Source of the DNA: Octopus sinensis
Lineage: Eukaryota
NCBI RefSeq assembly: GCF_006345805.1
Contig: NC_043020.1
Location: forward strand, 19,716,001-19,780,000
DNA: 64,000 bases
Reading direction: 5' to 3'
Both the position numbers and the translations under genes were made by a program. Positions within the stretch are counted from its first letter, which is position 1; each line of letters opens with the position of its first letter. This document shows positions 40,241-53,805 of the stretch, in pieces. The notes beneath the pieces were generated by a model. It saw only the letters and a program-made list of their open reading frames with translations. It was not told the DNA's origin and searched no databases.

Positions 40241-40935
40241 TTTCTATATTTATTTCTTTATTGCCCACAGAAGACAAACAAAGACAGACAAAGGAATTAA
40301 GTCGATTACATTGAACCCAGTGCGTAACTGCTACTTATTTAATTTACTCTGAAAGTATAAAAGGTAAAGTTGACCTCAGCAGAATTTGAACTCAGAATGT
40401 AACAGCAGACGAAATACCGCTAAGCATTTTGCCCAGCATGCTATCAATTCTGCCAGCTCACTGCCATTTCTATATTGACATAAATGATAGCTGGTGTTAG
40501 AACTGGTTGGCACCAGTTAGGGCTGGCTGGTTGGTATTGGGAGACGATGATCAGCAGAATTGGCAAAACACTGAACAACATTCCTTGAGACAGTTTGTTA
40601 CATATATTTATACTCTGGTTTCAAATCTACCTGACATTGAGTTTGCTTTCTAGCTTTCCAGGGTTGACATGATAAAGTACCAGTCTTATACTGGGGTCAG
40701 TATAATCTTTTACTCCTTCCTCTTACAAATCTGTGATTAAGAAATCAATACTGATTCATAACTGCTTGAATGTCAATATTTAATAACTTTCTTAACATAA
40801 GCTTCCCAACCCTATGGTTTTAAGTTCAATCCCACTGCATGTCACCTTAGGCAAGTGATAAATGTCTTCTACTATAGCTTATGCTGACCAAATCCTTATG
40901 ACTGGCTTTAGTAGGCAGAAACTAAAAAGAACCCA

Positions 40936-40971
<36 letters not shown>

Positions 40972-41510
40972 TCTTCTCCATCACCATTTGACAACTGCAG
41001 TTGATTTGTTTGACTAAACCCTTCAGGACAGTGCCCCAGCATGGCCACAGTCCAATGACTGAAACAAGTAAAATATATAAAAATAAAAAAGATAAAAGTT
41101 GATCTTTAACATTTCTTACAATAATTCAGTTTAATTATTCTGTCTTACACTTTAACATTTCAATATTGATCGATAAGTTTTATGTTCTGAGTTTGAAACC
41201 AGCCAAGGTCGATTTTGCCTTTCATCCTCCTGGGAACAAGGGAACATGTAAATTATTAAGTATTGGGGAATGATGTAAAGGATTGTTCCATCCATTCTTG
41301 CAAAATGTATGGCTCTGTATTCACATCAGAAATCAGTAGATATATAACTAACTGAATACCAGCATTTATCCAGTTTGTTAACATAACTCATCAATTAATA
41401 TTTAAAAGGAAAAGGTCTAATGCTAGAGAGATTCAGATGCCATTTCTAATAGTAATGGCTCCATAATGAATTATTGTTGTGGTCAGTTGTTGAGGTCAGT
41501 CCTATTTTAA

Positions 41511-41919
41511 CCCTTTAGCATTCAGATTATTCTGTTAAATGTAATGCTTATTTACTCACATTCTTTTGAATTAATCATGTATTATTTTGTAGCTTTAAGA
41601 TTTCAATGATGGGATTATTTACTTTTAGTATGGCATTGTAGGGCAGGCGTAAGAGACAGGATTTGGCCAGTTTCAACATAAAACTGGTAGATTTGGTCCA
41701 AATATATTCTTTTACTCTTTTACTTGTTTCAGTCATTTGACTGCGGCCATGTTGGAGCACCGCCTTTAGTCGAATGTTGGGGGGGACAAACACACAAACA
41801 TATACACACACATACATATATATATATACATATATGTGACGGGCTTCTTTCAGTTTCCTTTTACCAAATCCAATTACAAGGCTTTGGTTAGCTTGAGGCT
41901 ATAGTAGAATGCTAAAGGG
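41511..41919. mobile_element. TTAA-specific (piggyBac-type) MITE containing a SINE A fragment
   Basis: TTAA|CCCTTTAGCATTC...GAATGCTAAAGGG|TTAA; SINE A (minus strand) at 41707-41907. Confidence 0.75.
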
Positions 41920-42486
41920 TTAAACAGACCTAAGATCAAAAGCATTCTAGCAGTGACCATCCCAACATTTTAGTGATACTTATGACTACCTTATCCAGTG
42001 TGTTCATTGATTTTTTTCTAGGTGGTAGGGGTTTCATTTGAGGGAGCTTCAGATGCTGTTTCTTGCAGATTAAGTGATTTCATAGAGACTGAACATTAGC
42101 CAGTGCTGGTTGAAATTCTTGGTGCTCACTTGTGTTGGGCAATTCTGGTTAGTGTTAAGCTAATAAATTGGTGTAGTTAGAGTCTGTGCCACCACTGGGT
42201 GATCCATGAACTTCCCACACAAACCCAACAGAAAAACATAATACACATTAAACAAATCTAAATAAAAAAATAAAACAATGTAAAGAGAAAAACATACAAA
42301 AATAAACACCATGTTTTATTCTGAAGCAGAAAGCATTGCATTCTACAAATTACTTTACTTGCTCTCCTGTGAATAAAATCTTTTTAATGAAATTGATGCA
42401 TCATTGCAGTGTTTCTTAAGAAGGAGAAACTAAGGCTGAGAGGATGGAAAATGGAGCAGACAAATTACATTTGAACTGGACGTCTT

Positions 42487-42735
42487 CATCATCATCATCA
42501 TCATCATCGTTTAACGTCCGTTTTCCGCGCTAGCACGGGTTGGACGGTTTCGACCGGGGTCTGGGGAGCTAGGGACTGCCCCAGGCTCCAGTCTAGTCTG
42601 GCAGAGTTTCTACGGCTGGATGCCCTTCCTAACGCCAACCACTCCGCGAGTGTAGTGGGTGTTTTTTACGTGCCACCTGCACAGGTGCCAGAGGGGTCTG
42701 GCATCGGCCACGTTTGGATGGTGCTTTTTTTATGT
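42487..42735 (-). mobile_element. RTE 3' tail copy (CpG-rich, probably young)
   Basis: CATCATCGTTTAACGTCCGTTTTCCGCGCTAGCACGGGTTGGACGG. Confidence 0.88.
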
Positions 42736-42986
42736 GGGGGGGGGGTGCAGAAATATAGGGGAGCACCAGTGGGGAGGGGTGGTTCAGAGAAATGATGACA
42801 GGTTCTAGGCAAGTAGAACGTAGGATATCAAGAGAGGGGTAATGCATGGTGAAATAGCGTATTGAAGAGGGGGGTTCGAAGAGTAGACACCTATTATGGT
42901 GGTGGGAGAAGCGACATCCGGTATGGATGGAGCAAAAATATAGAGATATCCGGTATTGGTGGTGGGGGTGGGCAGGGCGGGTGCAC

Positions 42987-43366
42987 CGCGAATACACGAT
43001 GGTTGATGAATACACGGGAGGCGAGATGGGTAATGGATAAATTAGTTAAAATAATTAGATAGATATAGAAATTAGTTAAAAATAGTTAGATAGATAAGAA
43101 AGCATGTATGATTGATGGGGAAGTGAAAATAAATAAATAAGCATTCAACTTATCTGCTAGATGAATGAATGAATGAAAGAGCAGAAGTTTGGGGCTGCGT
43201 TTTTTTTTAAGTAAAGATTGTCCGGAGGAAGAAGGCGCGAATACACGATGGTTGATGAATACATGAGAGGCGAGATGGGTAATGGATAAATTAGTTAAAA
43301 TAATTAGATAGATATAGAAATTAGTTAAAAATAGTTAGATAGATAAGAAAGCATGTATGATTGATG
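42987..43366. repeat. 131-bp direct repeat pair, period 249
   Basis: 42987-43117 is nearly identical to 43236-43366. Confidence 0.9.
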
Positions 43367-43578
43367 ATTTCTACTCTAGGCACAAGGCCGGAAATTTTGG
43401 GAGAGGGGGACAGCTGATTAGATCGACCTTAGTACACAACTGGTACATAATTTATCAATCCTGAATGGAGGAAAGGCAAAGTCGGCCTCGATGGAATTTG
43501 AACTCAGAATGTAAAGACAGACAAAATACTGCCAAGCATTTTGCTCAGCGTGCAAATGTTTCTGCCAGCTTTCCACCT
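43367..43578 (-). mobile_element. SINE family B
   Basis: Reverse-complement family B motifs. Confidence 0.75.
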
Positions 43579-43580
43579 TT

Positions 43581-43765
43581 TGAACCTAAATATTCTACTT
43601 GTTTTATGTTCAGATTTTGCCTCTCACACCTATCCTACAATGTTATTCTAAAAATAAACAATTATATCATTAAAATCTTGAAGCTACAAGATAAAGCATG
43701 ATTAATTCAAAACAATGTAATTAAATAAGCATTACATTTGATAGAATAATCCGAATGCTAGAGGG
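43581..43765 (-). mobile_element. Partial TTAA MITE (same family as 41511)
   Basis: Ends GAATGCTAGAGGG|TTAA. Confidence 0.7.
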
Positions 43766-44154
43766 TTAATAAATTCAAAATGGCTTTAAACTTTTAAACC
43801 TACCCAACCCCATGGCAAATACGGAAGAAGGCTTACTATGATGGAAATTTCATTTTGTCTTGTTAAGAAAGAGGAAAGAAGGCAGGGAGCAAAATATTTC
43901 AATGATATTGGTGGGGGGTGAGGAAAGAGAGTTGCTAGTATTCATCTGTTTGAGAACCAATGATCCATACCAATGCTGGCATTAATTAAGCCCAGCCAAG
44001 TGCCAAAATATGCAAAATATGCATAAGGTCACTTTCAAGGAACCAGGTCCATACCAATGCTGAATATTCATAGACACTAAGCTACATTTTTGTAGGAAAA
44101 ATATTGACTTCAATGTCTTTTACTGCCCTGATACAAAAGAAAAATATTGATAGA

Positions 44155-44583
44155 TGCAGATGTGGCTGTGTGGTAAGAAGCTTGCTTCCCAACCACATGG
44201 TTCTGGGTTTAGTTCCACTCTGTGGCACCTTGGGCAAGTGTCTTCTACTATAGCCTTGGGCCAACCAAAGCCTTGTGAGTGGATTTGGTAGACGGAAAGT
44301 GAAAGAAGCCCACGGGGTATATGTGTGCGTGCATGTGTCTGTGTGTGTGCGTGTGTGTGTGTGTTTATCTTCCCCCACTGTCACCACTTGACGACCAGTG
44401 TTGGTGTATTTACGTCCCTGTAAATAAGTGGTTCAGCAAAAGAGACAGATAGAATAAATACCAGGCTTTCAAAAATAAATAAGTACTAGGGTCAATACAT
44501 TTGACTAAAAATTCTTCAAGATGGTGCCCCAGTATGGCCACAATCTAATGACTGAAACAAGCAAAAGAAAAAGAAAAGAAAAG
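44155..44583 (+). mobile_element. SINE family A
   Basis: Head and tail motifs. Confidence 0.85.
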
Positions 44584-45147
44584 TAAACCAAAAGTACCAG
44601 TGCCAAAAAATATTACTCACAGCGGTCCACATGGTTTGCATCCTGTTTAGTTCCGTAAGTGTGTGGACATTGGTTAGTGTTGGTGATATTAAGTGGCATT
44701 GGTTGGTGTTGGTGTTTGTTTAGTAATATGCTGATGCTGGTTGGTTCAATTGGTACAAATGAACAGTGTAAGCTCATGGTACTTTATCCTTTCTATGAAA
44801 TCTTTCATACAGTCTTCAGTCGATCAATAATTAACATTTGTCCTTAATGTTAACAACTAATGAACTGACAGGATTTAAATAGACTATACAAACTTAGTGA
44901 ATTTACACGCATGTTCAAACACACATACACACACATTTACATTTGTGTGTGTGGTGTGTTTGCATTTATACATACAGATACATATATTACAAAAATAAGC
45001 ACATGTATGAATGAACACACCGATGAGAATTTTTAACCATTTAATGCACTTACAACAGGCAAGTACATACTTGCATAAATGTTTAAATGTATACACAAGC
45101 ATATGGATATATATATATATATATATAAATATATATATATATAATAG

Positions 45148-45327
45148 GTGCAGGAATGGCGGTGTGGTAAGTAGCGTGCTTACCAACCACATGGTTCTGG
45201 GTTCGGTCCCATTGTGTAGAACCTTGGGCAAGTGTCTTCTACTATAACCTTGGGCTGACCAAAGCCTTATGAGTGGATTTGTAGATGGAAACTGAAAGAA
45301 GCCTGTCGTATATGTGTGTGTATGTGT

Positions 45328-45399
<72 letters not shown>

Positions 45400-45597
45400 A
45401 TGTCTGTGTTTGTGCTCCCCCCATCCCTGATACTGGTGTGTTTACATCCCTGTAACTTAGCGATTTTGGCAAAAGAGTCCAATAGAATAAGTATGAAGCT
45501 TACAAAGAATCAGTCCTGGAGTCGATTAATTCGACTAAAGGTGGTGCTCCAGCATGGCAACAGTCAAATGACTGACACAAATAGAAGAATAAAAGAA
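45148..45597 (+). mobile_element. SINE family A
   Basis: Head, (TG)n and tail. Confidence 0.85.
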
Positions 45598-45640
45598 TAT
45601 CTTCTCTATAATAACTATTACTAAAACATTTTCTTGCACC

Positions 45641-45688
45641 GTCTCTGATGAAGGGATAAATAAAATATCCCGGAAACAATTGTAAGAC
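45641..45688 (+). ncRNA. Type I hammerhead ribozyme, intact core
   Basis: GTCT-CTGATGA-A-GGGATA-AATAAAA-TATCCC-G-GAAA-CAATTG-TA-AGAC: stem I GTCT/AGAC, 6-bp stem II, palindrome ACAATTGT, GTA site. Confidence 0.8.
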
Positions 45689-45785
45689 CTTCTCTTCATA
45701 AATGTTCTGAAAACTTTCACAGCCTTGGATTTTTATCTCATTCTGTTAATTTTATATATATATATATATATATACATACATACAT

Positions 45786-45842
<57 letters not shown>

Positions 45843-45844
45843 AT

Positions 45845-45915
<71 letters not shown>

Positions 45916-46315
45916 TAGATATATAAAGAAACAAAGTATGGGGGTTTAGTTCCCAGGTGATGTAAACGATTAGGTATGCTAGGTAGGTGCTGTGATGGAT
46001 TACTAGGGCTCCAAGGTTATGGCCGAGACAGTAGCTATGGAGCTATTGCAGATTTCCGATGCAGTAGATATATAATTGTTATACAGGGCAGTAAACATTA
46101 AGGCAAGGCAAACATCTCAAGTCATATACAATATTATTATAGGAAGAAATTCAAAATACTTTCTTAAATACTTTCTTGTAAACTGTTTTTAACATATTCT
46201 TATTATTATCACAGAATGTCATCATCATCATCATTTAACATCTGCTTTCCATGCTTGCATGGGTTGGACGTATGACTGAGGGCTGGCGAACCAGATGGCT
46301 GCACCATATATATAT

Positions 46316-46364
<49 letters not shown>

Positions 46365-46543
46365 TACATACATACATACATACATACATACATACATACA
46401 TACATACATACATACATACATACATACATACATAAATATATATACATATGAGGAATAAATTATCCTGGTGGTATTATCTCTCATATTGGTTTAACTGCCA
46501 TCTGTCCACAATCAGTTCACTTTGAAAACATTGTGAGAGATGG

Positions 46544-46627
46544 ATCTTTGATGAAATTGCAACAACTAAAATGCATAATTGCATACAAAGTGATGTGCAG
46601 TCACTACAATCGAAATATATGTAGGTT
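46544..46627 (+). ncRNA. Possible decayed hammerhead motif
   Basis: TTGATGA...ATTG/CAAT stem II base...GAAA-TATATG-TA; stem I is imperfect. Confidence 0.35.
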
Positions 46628-46729
46628 AGATATATATGGTGTGGAAAATTTTTAAATAGAGAAATTTTGGGATGTGTATAAAATCTCCATTCTCCTCTTT
46701 GTTATCAACATTATATATATATATATTAT

Positions 46730-46796
<67 letters not shown>

Positions 46797-46804
<8 letters not shown>

Positions 46805-48846
46805 CTGCATACAAGAGGTAAGGTGGAGAGGAGTGTTATCCAGGGTCCTCACAGGTAAGGCACAGAGGTATAAAATCTTCTGGGAAGGTAACAGTGATGA
46901 TGTAGGGAGTGTAGGTATACTCCTTGCGGAGAAATGGGTGGATAAGGTTATAGAGGTAGTTAGGGTATGTGATAGAGTGCTTAAGCTTAGGCTAGTCCTG
47001 CAGAATAATATAGCTACAATTATCTCTACCCACACCCAACAAGCAGACCTACTAAACGATCAGAAGGACCACTTTTATGATACCCTTCTGCAGGCTACCT
47101 CAAAGACAAGTGACAATGACCTCATCTTTGTGGCTGGAGATTTTAATAGGCATTTTGGATGGCAATTTGGTATCTTCCATGGTGTTCATGAGGGCCATGA
47201 AATTGGTTCTCGAAAAACAAAGAAGGAACTAGGCTACTGGAATTCTGTGATGCATGCAACCTATTAATCTGCAGCACAAACTTCAGGAAGCCAAACAGCC
47301 TAGTGATAACCTATAAATCAGGTGACTCTGCTAGCCAGATTGATTTTATCCTCACCAGACAGCAGGATGCATGGTTACTCTTAAATACAAAGGCCCGCTC
47401 TGGTGAAGAATGTACCCCCCACCCAGCATAGACTAGTTATTAGTGACTTTAGACTCGAGGTCAGAAGAATGCCAAGAAGTAAACTAATACAGAAGAGAAG
47501 GATTTGGAAGCTAAAGAACCCCTCACAAAGTCAGAGATTTAGGGACCTCCTGACTGAGAAATTCGATGAGAGGGAGGAGGAGCTACAAATTCAGACATAG
47601 AGGACAACTGGAAATTCCTTCAGCACAGCTTACTGAGTGCCACAAACCACATCTGCAGCTGGTGCAAAGTCCCTTCCAGACCTAGAGTAATGTGGTGGTG
47701 GAATAATATGGTAGACAAGGCCATTAGAGCAAAGAAACAGGCCTGGAAAACCTGGAAGAGTGGGGGTGGCAGGGAACTGTACCAGACAGCTAGCCAGAAG
47801 GGAGACTGGGCAACAGGTATACATAGCCAAGGGAGAAGCAGAAATGAAGAAGTTTGCCAATGTTCAACGATGTGAGGACTAAAGAACTGAAGTATTTCAG
47901 ATTGCAAGACAGTGTGTGAAAGAAAATGTGATGTCATAGGAGAGAAATGTGGCTGCATGGATGATGGTGCACTTGCTTGTAATGATTCTGCAAAGAAAAA
48001 GGCTTGGAGAAGCCATTATGAAAGGCTGCTGAATGTGGAGAATGAATGGGAGGAGAAGAGCCTGCCAAATGTTGACCCAGTAGAGGGACTAGCTACCCAA
48101 ATAGATAAAGCAATTAAAGATATGAAGTCAAGAAAAGCCCCTGGCCCCATCAGGAATCACTGCTGAGATGCTTAAAATATCTGGTGGTGTGGATCATGGC
48201 CTAGTCACCTGTATTTTAAAACAGGTAAATCATGAAGGAGTCATACCCAATGACTGGCATAGCAGCACCGTAGTCAACTGCTACAAAGGTAAAGGTGATG
48301 CTTTAGATAGAAATAACTACAGGGGTATCAAACTGCTGGATCAGTTGATGAAGGTCATAGCCCAATTAATTAGGGAGAGAGTCTGCTTAGATGAGATGCA
48401 GTTCAGTTTTGTGCAAGGTAGAAGCACCACTGATGCTATATTCCTGGGACGGCAACTGCAGGAAAACTACATAGCCAAAGATAACCCCCTATACTTGGCT
48501 TTTGTTGACTTGGCGAAAGCCTTTAACAGGGTCCTCCAATCCCTTATCTGGTGGGCAATGTGGAAACTGGGAATTGATGAGTGGTTAATAAGAGCTGCAC
48601 AGGCCCTGTATAGGGATGCCATATGTAAGGTAAGGGTTGGCAATGAGTATAGTGAAAAATTCTGGGTAGAAGTATGAGTTCACCAAGGATCAGGCCTCAG
48701 CCCCCTCTTATTCATCATAGTCCTCCAGGCAATAACAGAGGAATTCAAGACAAGTTGCTCCTGGGATTTCCTCTATGCTGATGACCTTACTGTCATAGCT
48801 GAATCACTACCAGAACTAGAGAAGAAATTTCAGGTATGGAAGCAAG
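46797..48846 (+). mobile_element. RTE-clade LINE fragment (APE and RT), truncated at both ends
   Basis: CCIQEVRWRG, VGILLAEKWVDKV, AGDFN, YRGIKLLDQ, LYADDL; frameshifts; paralogous to 11711-15160; starts in (TA)n. Confidence 0.93.
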
Positions 48847-49168
48847 TGACATGTAGAGACATGAATGATTATATCTGTACAGGTTCCGTTTTCTGCAATA
48901 ACCGGAAGCGGGTCAGGGGAAATCTTTATTGAACAGCCCTTGTGTACATGTATATATAAATATGAGGGTAAAAATTACTAAAATGATAATTTATACCAGT
49001 GGTTAGCATGCGTAATAAAAGTCAGAAAACAAATATTTTTATAATATAAGAATGTATAAAAATTTATACATGGAGAGTTGACTGTTCTTTTTAGCATGTA
49101 AAAAGTTCACATGGTGGTCTTCTCTCTGTGTATAAATATTTATACACATTTATATATATATATATATA

Positions 49169-49372
49169 GTTATATCACCTTGACTGAGCAGTCAGTCGGG
49201 CGTCCATTTGACACCGCTGATCCCAGTACGCTGTCCACTTCTCTCTGGATTGCACCTTTCTCATCCATGTGATCCCAATCGCCCTCCTGAAATCATAAAT
49301 CCACCATCATGGAGGCCTTCCAAGTAGTCGTTTCCGCTTGCGTGGGTACCACTTAACAACTGCACAGGTCCA
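49169..49372 (-). mobile_element. 3' end of a distinct RTE-1-like LINE
   Basis: WTCAVVKWYPRKRKRLLGRPP*WW...WMRKVQSREKW; embedded in (TA)n. Confidence 0.7.
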
Positions 49373-49377
49373 TATTT

Positions 49378-49425
<48 letters not shown>

Positions 49426-50486
49426 ATAATATATTGGGCGATTTTCAGCATGCGTGTATATGGGTGGAAATGAGCTGCTTGGCAGAGGTCTGTGCTCTCC
49501 AAGTGCTTTTCTAGTAATAAATGTTCCTGTTGATGTTCAGTTATAATAAAAACAATTTTAAACCATCAATCTGCTGGGTTACTCTATACTTTTTCAGAGT
49601 ACAAATTTATTATTCTTATACAAGAATTTTGTTGATAGTGACTTCAAAGTTTCAGACAGCTAAACCATATATATATATATATATATATGACAAGCTTCTT
49701 CTTACAGTTTCTGCTTACCAAATCCACTTACAAGGTTTTGAACAGCCTGGAGCCATAGTAGAAGATACTTGCCCAAGGTACCATGTGGTGGGACTGAACC
49801 TGGAACCATGTATTTGAGGAGTAAAATGTAAGAGATGTTGACTCTGTAAGTCACATTAGAGGTGACCAGTCTGGGAGAGCAGTAATCCGAAACAGAAATT
49901 AATACAGGATATAAGGGGACACCTTATACAAGTTGTAGACAATCTGTTTTGTGTCGCCCCTATGTAATTACATATACCCCAATCAATAGATGGTGATTTG
50001 AAGAACATACAGCTGTAAAAACCATGGAAACAAAAACAAAAACAACACTTCTATTATTACTGTCCTCGTGTGTGCCAGGTGACAATGGAGAGTGGCAGGA
50101 TGTGAGACTCTTTTTGAATACGTCCGACCCACACAAACATGGAAAAGGACATAGGAAAATGATGAAGATGTTGATGATGATTAGATAGCAAGGTTTCATG
50201 CTTTCCAGAGCAATAATGAAGCTTTAGCTTTGAATAAACAAATAAATTCTGCTGTTATGTGTTGAATGCTCTTTCTCATCATTTAATGTCATTTATACAC
50301 TCAAGTGTACATGTGCATCCAAGTGTGTACCCGTGTGTGTGTGTGTGCGCGCATTAGAATAGGAGAACAGTTACAGTCTATTAGATAATAATCCAATAAA
50401 AATAATAGCCACAGTTAATGATGTGGAAATATGAAGCTATTGTAGCAGTAACACACAACAGGTGTGTGTGTGTGTGTGTGTGTAAG

Positions 50487-51020
50487 TGCAGGTGTGGATG
50501 TGTGGTAAGAAGCTTGCTTCACAACCACATGAGTCTGGGTTCAGTCCCACTTTGTGGCACCTTGGGCAAGTGTATTCTACTATAGCCTTTAGCCAACAAA
50601 GCCTCATGAGTGAATATTAGAAGGAATATTAGAGTGAATATTAGAAGGAAACTAAAAGAAGCCCATCATGTGTTTGTGTGTGTGTGTGTGTGTCTTGACA
50701 ACTAGTGTTGGTGTGTTTACATTCCCATAGCTTAATGGTTCGGCAAAAGAGTTTAATAGAATAAGTACAAGTCTTAAAAAAGTGAATATTAGAAGGAAAC
50801 TAAAAGAAGCCCATCATGTGTTTGTGTGTGTGTGTGTGTGTGTCTTGACAACTAGTGTTGGTGTGTTTACATCCCCATAGCTTAATGGTTCGGCAAAAGA
50901 GTTTAATAGAATAAGTACAAGTCTTAAAAAAGTTCTGGGGTAGATTGATTTGATTAAAAATTCTTCAAGTTGGTGCCCCAGCATGGTCACAGTTTAATGA
51001 CTGAAACAAAAGATAAAAGA
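50487..51020 (+). mobile_element. SINE family A with an internal ~150-bp tandem duplication
   Basis: 50632-50781 is repeated at 50782-50932. Confidence 0.8.
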
Positions 51021-51037
51021 TATATATATATATATAT

Positions 51038-51445
51038 CGCAGGAGTGGCTGTGTGGTAAGTAGCTTGCTTACCAACCACATGGTTCTGGGTTCAGTCCCA
51101 CTGCATGGCATCTTGGGCAAGTGTCTTCTACTATTGCCTCAGGCCGACCAAAGCCTTGTGAGTAGATTTGGTAGACGGAAACTGAAAGAAGCCCGTCGTA
51201 TATATGTATATATATATATGTGTGTGTGCATGTTTGTGTGTCTGTGTTTGTCCCCCTAGCATCGCTTGACAACCGATGCTGGTGTGTTTACATCGCCGTC
51301 ACTTAGCGGTTCGGCAAAAGAGACCGATAGAATAAGTACTGGGCTTACAAAGAATAAGTGCTGGGGGTCGACTTGCTCTCGACTAAAGGCAGTGCTCCAG
51401 CATGGCCGCAGTCAAATGACTGAAACAAGTAAAAGAGAGTAAAGA

Positions 51446-51446
<1 letters not shown>
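51038..51446 (+). mobile_element. SINE family A, best-preserved copy
   Basis: CpG-rich; CCTTGGGCAAG-type CORE-like segment; complete tail. Confidence 0.9.
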
Positions 51447-51505
<59 letters not shown>

Positions 51506-51610
51506 ATAAATAGATGAGTGTATTTTTCCATTGTTAATAACATTCAGTAAATCACTATACTTATCCATCATTTTCTGTTAAAATGTCTTATTGACGAGTT
51601 TCATTTCTTC

Positions 51611-51698
51611 ACTTCCCTGAACAGAAGATTACATTGTTTTACACCATTTATTCCTTTGGAATAATATCAGTGAAATCTTTGAAACATGTGTCGGAAGT
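51611..51698 (+). ncRNA. Hammerhead motif with altered core (G8 to C)
   Basis: Stem I ACTTCC/GGAAGT, CTGAACA, stem II AAGATT/AATCTT, GAAA-CATGTG-TC. Confidence 0.55.
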
Positions 51699-51800
51699 AA
51701 AAGTATTTGAATTATACCTGCGTTAAACTCCATTTATTTATTTATATATATGTGTGTGTATGTATATATATATACATATGTATATATATATAAATATATA

Positions 51801-52465
51801 TTATTTACTGGTAGATTTCGACATGTAAATATAACCATTAACAGTATATAAAATATATATTGAACTTTTATAGAAATTCCTACCGTTAATGGTTATATTT
51901 ACATGCCAAAATCTACCAGTAAATAATTGTTGGTTTTTTAAAAACCATTAAAACTATTATTTACTCTTATTATATTACTAATTGGAATTTTCACTCTCTT
52001 ACGACAACCCATAGTTTCTATCTCTAAGGAACTATTTTTGTAATACGCATGATTAAATTTTGGAGGGAAAATTTGCGGATTCAATAGTCTATATAGGTTT
52101 GGCCTATGCTTGCTTTCTTCCACTATTTCGACATCGCCTGATCGAGAAGTGGAGGTACGTAGCATTTGATAAATCTATTTTTGTGGAGGTTTACGCTGAC
52201 GAAGGACATGAAATTGATATTTTATTATATTCCTAATCTAGAAACGTGTTCGTAAATAACCATTAGACTTTGTTTTCATTATTTCTTCCTTCTGTTTTGC
52301 ATATGTGAATTACAGGGATATGTCGTTTGTGGAGTCTTATTTGTAGAAAATAGAAATAAACAGTCTAATTTTTTTGGTATGTGGCTAAGCAACCTGTTGC
52401 CTGCCTTTTTTTATTTATATACAAAATATATATTGAACTTTTATAGAAGTTCCAACCGTTAACGG

Positions 52466-52470
<5 letters not shown>
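51801..52470 (+). mobile_element. PLE-like element: ~570-nt unit with a terminal direct repeat and a short 5' inversion
   Basis: 51845-51897 is repeated at 52417-52470; 51801-51845 is inverted at 51881-51926; internal hammerhead. Confidence 0.65.
52190..52256 (+). ncRNA. Type I hammerhead ribozyme motif
   Basis: Stem I TTTACG/CGTAAA, CTGACGA, stem II AGGA.../...TCCT, GAAA-CGTG-TT. Confidence 0.68.
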
Positions 52471-52502
<32 letters not shown>

Positions 52503-52538
52503 CATACATGTATATATATACATACACATGTATATATA

Positions 52539-52586
<48 letters not shown>

Positions 52587-52685
52587 TAATCCAAACATGA
52601 AAACACAAAGAAAAAACACAACAACGTGAGGACGTGGAACAAATATAGTATTATTGGATGCTCAGGAAGGAAGGGAAGAAGGAGG

Positions 52686-52720
52686 GTTTAACGTTTCGAG
52701 CAGAGCTCTTCGTCAGAAAC
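52686..52720 (-). ncRNA. Minimal 35-nt hammerhead ribozyme in a PLE-like fragment (52582-52773)
   Basis: Minus strand GTTT-CTGACGA-A-GAGC-TCT-GCTC-GAAACGTT-AAAC; loopless palindromic stem III AACGTT. Confidence 0.75.
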
Positions 52721-53405
52721 ATAGGAAAAGGAAAGATCCAGAGAAGGGAAGATGGAGGAAAAAAAATCGCCAACAAAAAAACTTTAAAAACTCAAAGTGT
52801 AGATTCTAAATATTTTATTGACGCAAAATGCAAGCTAACAGTAACTTCGAAGTCTAACTGGCAACAGCTCATCAAACTGCAATTATTCATACGTACACTC
52901 ATTTGTTTCCCCATTTCTCCATGCTTGCATGGGTTAGATATATCATTTAAACATTGTCTTACAGCCAGATGCCCTTTCTACCACTAATCTTTACCTCTTT
53001 TCCCAAGTAAGGTATCTTATATTCCATACAGCATTAAAGGTATAAAGTGAGCAGAAAATTTTTATCTTTCCTTTTGTTCTGTTTTACTAATAACCATTGT
53101 CTGTCTTTTTTTTTTTTTTTTGGCATTAACCTTTAGGCCTTTCTTGTCACTTGACTCTTTTATAGAAGCAACATAAAATGTAAAACAACATAAACATGCT
53201 TTGAGCCTTCACAGGTGCTACGTTTGACCAATGACAAAACTCAGACAATAACAGTATACAAAAAATACATTAGATCCATCATGGGTTATGCTAGACTGAT
53301 AAAATATTTTTTCTACATCAGTGGCTCTCCCATGACGCACCATTGTGAATTGGAGGATCATGAATTCTTAAAACCATAATTTAAGGTTTTAGAAAATCCA
53401 TACTG

Positions 53406-53452
<47 letters not shown>

Positions 53453-53748
53453 TCAGTAATGTAATTTAGGGTAAAGTATTGCTAGAAAGAAAAATAAATG
53501 GGAGGGTCATAGTTGGTATTTATTTGATCTGTGATTTGTTCAATGAGGGCTAATATGGAACTAAACAATTATGACGGCAGCAAAGTGCCTTATATGAAAT
53601 GTTTCACAATTGTGGAATACAATACACAAAATCAGACATTCAAGTTTGATCCCCTGCATCCTTTGGTTCAAACTAAAAGCATTGACTATTATGGCTGCAC
53701 AGATTTTGTCCCAAATAATACTTATTAGGACTACATATACACCTTCCT

Positions 53749-53801
<53 letters not shown>

Positions 53802-53805
53802 CTTC

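Noticed and set aside
51038-51110. tRNA-like A and B boxes at SINE heads
   Set aside because: No complete cloverleaf; these are SINE heads, not tRNA genes
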